IMG/VR virus record: IMGVR_UViG_3300007504_000006
Coordinates: 22,249 to 86,248 of that record
DNA: 64,000 nt
Source: a virus
Direction: 5' to 3' (one strand)
Positions 59,539 through 64,000 of the stretch are shown here, piece after piece (within the stretch, counting starts at the first letter, position 1; each line of letters starts with the position of its first letter). The notes beneath the pieces were generated by a model, which saw only the letters and a program-made list of their open reading frames with translations, searched no databases and had not been told where the DNA came from. Position numbers and translations under genes: made by a program.

Positions 59539-61802
59539 AAATATAATCTCCAATACCCGGATGGATAATTTGCTTCGATTGCACTAATCCATTCGATACC
59601 ATTCCATTTCCATTTTTTACTGTCTTGTGCATTTTGTGTAAATTTTATAGTTCCCCATGTATGACCGGCGGCTTCACATGTAGATTTAACTGTATGTTCG
59701 TTTTGAGGACAACCAACATATGCGGTACTCGAATCAAAATCTACAACCCATTCAGAGCCAGTTTGGCTATATTGTATTATATCGTACTTATTGCCGTGTG
59801 TTCCGTGGATATCTGAAGAAACAATATGTGCATTATGTCCTACTCCAATAAATGTATGCCCACCAAATGTTAAACCATATATATGTTTTACAGTAGGTGA
59901 TGTTCGTTGTGTCCACGATAAACCGTTATTTGATGAAGTAGCAATAACTCCATTACTTCCTGCGGTAACAAAAACTCCATTACCAAAAGTAACTTCATAA
60001 AACCCGTCTGTTATTCCTGAATTCCTTGAAAACCATGTAATTCCATCGGTAGATGTAAGAATAGCATCATTTACTCCTGTAACAACAAATGTATTATTTC
60101 CATATGCTATTCCTCTAAGATGTTCTGATGATCCAGACGTTCTTTCGGTCCAAGTAACTGCATCCGATGAAGTATAAATTTTACCATTCCAAGTTACAAA
60201 AACATATAAACTATTTGCATATATAACATCAAATATTGTTACTGTAATTGGTGTTGATTGTTCAGTCCAAGTAATTCCATCTGAAGAAGTAATAAGAGCT
60301 CCGCCGGCACCTACTACAACATATTGGTTATTTCCCCATGTAACAGCTCTAAGTTGTTTTGTAAATGCATTTGGCGGCGTTTGAGCAGTCCAGGTAATTG
60401 CATCAGGTGAGGTAATAATAGTTGCATCATTTCCTACCGCAATCCATTGGTCATTTCCATAAGTAATACCATACAAGGATTTGGTTGTACCTGAAGTTTG
60501 TTCAGTCCAAACTTCTCCGTGTCCAGGCGAACTTTGCATTTTACCATCCATTGCAACTGATACAAATAAACCATTATGATAAGCAACATCATTTATATGT
60601 TTGTTTCCGTGTGCAGATGATTCTAGAGCCCATTCTTCACCTACAGTTCCGGTTCCTGATCCCCCTGGCCAAGGAGTACCTACTGGTACTTCGTTTAGCA
60701 CCAAATATCGTTGGCCATCGGCCGCCGCTGGTAATGTACCGTCGCCAGGATAAGCAACTGTAGGATCTATAATAGCATCTACTGTAGCAGTTTCTGCTGA
60801 ATTTGTAGGTAGAGTATCTGTATCTATAGTTGCGGTAAGTTGTGAACCTGTTGGATCAGTTAAAGTACCATATACTTGAAAGTTTGATTCGCTTTCTACT
60901 AAAGCATCCATTAATTTAATTTGGCTAACTCCTGTTCTAAAGTCAGCACCTCGTTCTTTAAATAAATCTTCCCAAGTATCTGTAGTAGGTGATCCATCTT
61001 TATCTAATAATGTTAATAATGTGCCTGTAAAGTTTACAACCCTATCACCAAAAGTTGTTACCATATAACTAGAATCTGCTCCTGGAATTGAACCATCATT
61101 TCTAAATTGTTCCATTTCTGCTGTCGATTTTGCAGTAACTACAGATGAAATAATTTGATGTATAAGTTTTTGTTTTGTAACTCTTGCAGGAACTGTTAAA
61201 TGTATAGGCATTTTAAATGTTAGAGTTGCAATATCAATCATATCTTCTACACCAGTTGGTATAGATCTATTTGTCCATTGCACACCAGTTAATTCTACAA
61301 TAGATAATCTTGTCCAATCGAATGGATTATCTGTAGAATTAATATCAACAGCAGGATTATATAAAGTTAAAATTTGTTCTAATAATTGAAATTTTTGGTC
61401 GCTGTTACTTGTCCATATATCTACCTGCATTGTTAAATTATAAGGAACTGGCATGTGCCGTTCGATTTGATATGTATTACCTAATTCATTATCATATTCA
61501 TTTGTTGTATAATTAAACTTTTTTTCAAACACCTGTACTTTATCTATTTCCATCGGTGCTCGTCTAGACTCTGGGCTTACTTCTAATGCTTGAATCCAAC
61601 AACTAATAAATGGTGCAGAATTTACTACATTTTCTGAATTTTGTTTTAAAACATGCATTGCCATACGGTTTGCATCACCGTATCTTACAGGAACAGTTCT
61701 ATATGTTTCTGTTGCTCGATCTATTTCAATTTGAAAATTTGCAAATAGTCGCATAAATTGTTGCAAATATCTGCGAGTTTGTTTATCGTAAAAAAAATCC
61801 AT
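59535..61802 (-). CDS. Tail completion/sheath-stabiliser protein (gp15-like) with inserted beta-propeller
   Basis: FFYD.Q.RRYL.QF.R.F, VPVRYGD, MPVPYNL and Q..QLLEQIL.LYNP; ~38-aa S.D..TW repeats. Confidence 0.75.
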   Translation of the reverse strand: MDFFYDKQTRRYLQQFMRLFANFQIEIDRATETYRTVPVRYGDANRMAMHVLKQNSENVVNSAPFISCWIQALEVSPESRRAPMEIDKVQVFEKKFNYTTNEYDNELGNTYQIERHMPVPYNLTMQVDIWTSNSDQKFQLLEQILTLYNPAVDINSTDNPFDWTRLSIVELTGVQWTNRSIPTGVEDMIDIATLTFKMPIHLTVPARVTKQKLIHQIISSVVTAKSTAEMEQFRNDGSIPGADSSYMVTTFGDRVVNFTGTLLTLLDKDGSPTTDTWEDLFKERGADFRTGVSQIKLMDALVESESNFQVYGTLTDPTGSQLTATIDTDTLPTNSAETATVDAIIDPTVAYPGDGTLPAAADGQRYLVLNEVPVGTPWPGGSGTGTVGEEWALESSAHGNKHINDVAYHNGLFVSVAMDGKMQSSPGHGEVWTEQTSGTTKSLYGITYGNDQWIAVGNDATIITSPDAITWTAQTPPNAFTKQLRAVTWGNNQYVVVGAGGALITSSDGITWTEQSTPITVTIFDVIYANSLYVFVTWNGKIYTSSDAVTWTERTSGSSEHLRGIAYGNNTFVVTGVNDAILTSTDGITWFSRNSGITDGFYEVTFGNGVFVTAGSNGVIATSSNNGLSWTQRTSPTVKHIYGLTFGGHTFIGVGHNAHIVSSDIHGTHGNKYDIIQYSQTGSEWVVDFDSSTAYVGCPQNEHTVKSTCEAAGHTWGTIKFTQNAQDSKKWKWNGIEWISAIEANYPSGYWRLYL

Positions 61803-62785
61803 TATACATCACTCTTTGGTTTTATTACACTAGATAATCCTTGTTTAGATTTAACATCTTCTCCAGGCATAGATATTGTATCTGGATTGTTTGTAAATCT
61901 TCGTTGCGAAAATGTTCTTGCTTCCCAACTATCATCATTTGGATTATGATCTGCTGTATATGTCCATAATGTTCCTACACGTTTATATAATCTATTTGGT
62001 GTAAAATCTGTTCGTACAAAGAAATCCCCTTCGGCAGGATTTGCCGGAAATTGTGTTCCGTGTGCAGGCGAAATCGAGTCATAATCAAATAAATGAGAAG
62101 TATCAAGGTATCCCTTATTTTCTTGTTCTGCGGCTTCTATAATTACATCAGATATTTCAATTTCAGATGTGTATGTACTAAGCACATCAGTATCGGTTTC
62201 CATGATATCTTGAAATTCTTGTGTATCTGTCATTGGTCCTACTTTAACACGCCATATATGAGGCCACCAAGATTGTGAAAATCCTTCTGATGCTCTATTT
62301 GCATCTTCAACTACATAAAATTTATTAATGGCCCCTGCATTTGGATCTAACAATGTATCATCACGTAAATGTGGTAATTCTAATACATCCCCTGACATTA
62401 ATTTTCTACCAAGTTTTTCTATCATATCATTAATATGAAATGATACAAACAAATTATCTGCTGTTAAAAAGAAACCAAATTGTGAAAGGTCAAAATCGTT
62501 ATCGCTTACATTATATAAGCCACGTAATTCATATATATCAGGATCGTATTTTCTATCCCTGTTCTCCATTAATAACATGTCTTGAATTGTTAATTCAGAA
62601 GCACCATCCATTGAAGCATGATGATTAGGTTGGGTAGGATCGTTTTGTTCTCCTACGTTTTCGGGTCCTAGATATTTATGAACTAAGAAGGCAGTCCCTC
62701 CTACTTCAAATTGTTCTCTAATGTTTGAATCAAAAAAGTTGTAATCGTTAGACTTTTCTTCTCGCCAGAGGCTAAGTCGGGGCAT
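61802..62785 (-). CDS. Neck protein (gp14-like)
   Basis: MPRLSLWR, IQD.LL.ENRDRKYD, FDLSQFG and GDVLELPH; upstream late promoter GATAAATA at ~62807-62814 (-). Confidence 0.7.
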   Translation of the reverse strand: MPRLSLWREEKSNDYNFFDSNIREQFEVGGTAFLVHKYLGPENVGEQNDPTQPNHHASMDGASELTIQDMLLMENRDRKYDPDIYELRGLYNVSDNDFDLSQFGFFLTADNLFVSFHINDMIEKLGRKLMSGDVLELPHLRDDTLLDPNAGAINKFYVVEDANRASEGFSQSWWPHIWRVKVGPMTDTQEFQDIMETDTDVLSTYTSEIEISDVIIEAAEQENKGYLDTSHLFDYDSISPAHGTQFPANPAEGDFFVRTDFTPNRLYKRVGTLWTYTADHNPNDDSWEARTFSQRRFTNNPDTISMPGEDVKSKQGLSSVIKPKSDV

Positions 62786-62836
62786 AGTAACATTCCTTAT
62801 TCTTAATATTTATCGAAATGTTATGCCCCAAATGAA

Positions 62837-64000
62837 TTAATTAACTATTGCGGTTGTTAATAATTTTCCACGAGCGGCAACTACTTCGCCTTTCCAAACT
62901 GCCGATGTTTTAGAAAGTGAGTAAGCAGGAGTACCAAATTCTTCAAAGTCTAATCCTGATTCTTCTTGTTCTTCGGATACCCTAATACCTACTGTATATT
63001 TTAATGCACCCCAAACAATAAAACTTGATACGAGTACAAAACTACCAATACCTGCAATACCATATAGCTGAGTAACAATAGAAGCATCTTCTTTAAAAAT
63101 TCCTACTGCTAATGTTCCCCATATACCTGCTACTAAATGAACAGATAATGCTCCTACAGGATCGTCAATTTTTAATTTATCCCATAATGGTACTGCATAT
63201 ACACACAACGCACCACCGATAAGACCAATAACACATGCAAGCCACATGGTTGGATAATCTGGTCCTGCGGTAATACTTACAAGTCCTGCCAAAGCACCAT
63301 TAAGTATCATAGTTAAATCTATACGTTTATAAAATATATAAGTCATTGCCATGGCCATTAAAGCACCTGCACATGCGGCAATATTTGTATTTGCTATTAC
63401 GGTTGCTATTGCATTTACATCTGCTTTTGTGCCCATCGCTAATTGGGAACCACCATTAAATCCAAACCAACCAAACCATAATATAAATGTACCTAAAGTT
63501 GCTAAAGGTAAGTTTGCAGGAGACATCATATTAGGCTTTCCGTCTTTATTATAACGTCCTGCTCTAGATCCTAACAATATCGCACCTGCTAATGCACACC
63601 AACCTCCTACTGAATGCACAATAGTAGATCCAGCAAAATCGCTAAAACCCATTTCGGATAACCATCCGCCACCCCATGTCCATGCACCTTGCAATGGATA
63701 TATAAAGGCGGTTAAAACAAGCACCACAAACATGAAAGGCCAAAACTTAGCTCTTTCTGCAATAGTACCCGAAACTATACTTGCCGCGGTTGCTACAAAC
63801 ACAACCTGAAAAAAGAAATCAGCCATGCCTGAATGATCTCCATCTGAAATACTACCATACATAAGTTGGTAACCTATAATATAAAAACATACACATGCTA
63901 ATGAGTAAAGTCCTATATTCTTTGTTAATATTGCTGTCGTATTTTTTGACCTAACTAATCCTGATTCTAGCATTGCAAAGCCTGCCGCCATTAGCATTAC
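62837..64000 (-). CDS. amtB: Ammonium transporter, partial (N-terminus beyond the window)
   Basis: GFAMLESGLVRSKN, FFQ..F, AER, DFAGSTIVHSVGG, LWFGWFGFN.GS, NGALAGLV.ITA and IDDPVGA.SVH. Confidence 0.95.
   Translation of the reverse strand, partial: VMLMAAGFAMLESGLVRSKNTTAILTKNIGLYSLACVCFYIIGYQLMYGSISDGDHSGMADFFFQVVFVATAASIVSGTIAERAKFWPFMFVVLVLTAFIYPLQGAWTWGGGWLSEMGFSDFAGSTIVHSVGGWCALAGAILLGSRAGRYNKDGKPNMMSPANLPLATLGTFILWFGWFGFNGGSQLAMGTKADVNAIATVIANTNIAACAGALMAMAMTYIFYKRIDLTMILNGALAGLVSITAGPDYPTMWLACVIGLIGGALCVYAVPLWDKLKIDDPVGALSVHLVAGIWGTLAVGIFKEDASIVTQLYGIAGIGSFVLVSSFIVWGALKYTVGIRVSEEQEESGLDFEEFGTPAYSLSKTSAVWKGEVVAARGKLLTTAIVN

Noticed and set aside
1-64000. Stop-codon reassignment, as in some jumbo phages
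   Set aside because: Core genes are full length and tightly packed under the standard code, and TAA, TAG and TGA all occur at plausible gene ends.

Overview
AT-rich 64 kb segment of a large T4-like (contractile-tailed, probably jumbo) bacteriophage; the accessory gene content suggests a marine or aquatic origin. It contains: (1) a minus-strand baseplate/tail-appendage module (1-14.9 kb); (2) a replication/late-transcription block (gp55-like sigma, two 2OG-Fe(II) oxygenase paralogs, gp47/gp46, DHODH-like protein, Holliday junction resolvase); (3) a densely base-paired ~340 nt non-coding stretch; (4) a gp26-like/gp51-like gene pair linked by a probable -1 ribosomal frameshift, next to a tape-measure-like gene; (5) the head module (portal, scaffold, protease, major capsid); (6) a long cluster of virion fibre/adhesin genes that includes four tandem His/Trp/Tyr/Cys-rich paralogs, a flavin-dependent halogenase and a fibre-anchored subtilase; (7) NUDIX, gp15-like and gp14-like genes and a partial ammonium transporter. 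I saw no tRNA, CRISPR array, integrase or reverse transcriptase. All calls come from reading motifs by eye; no database searches were run.
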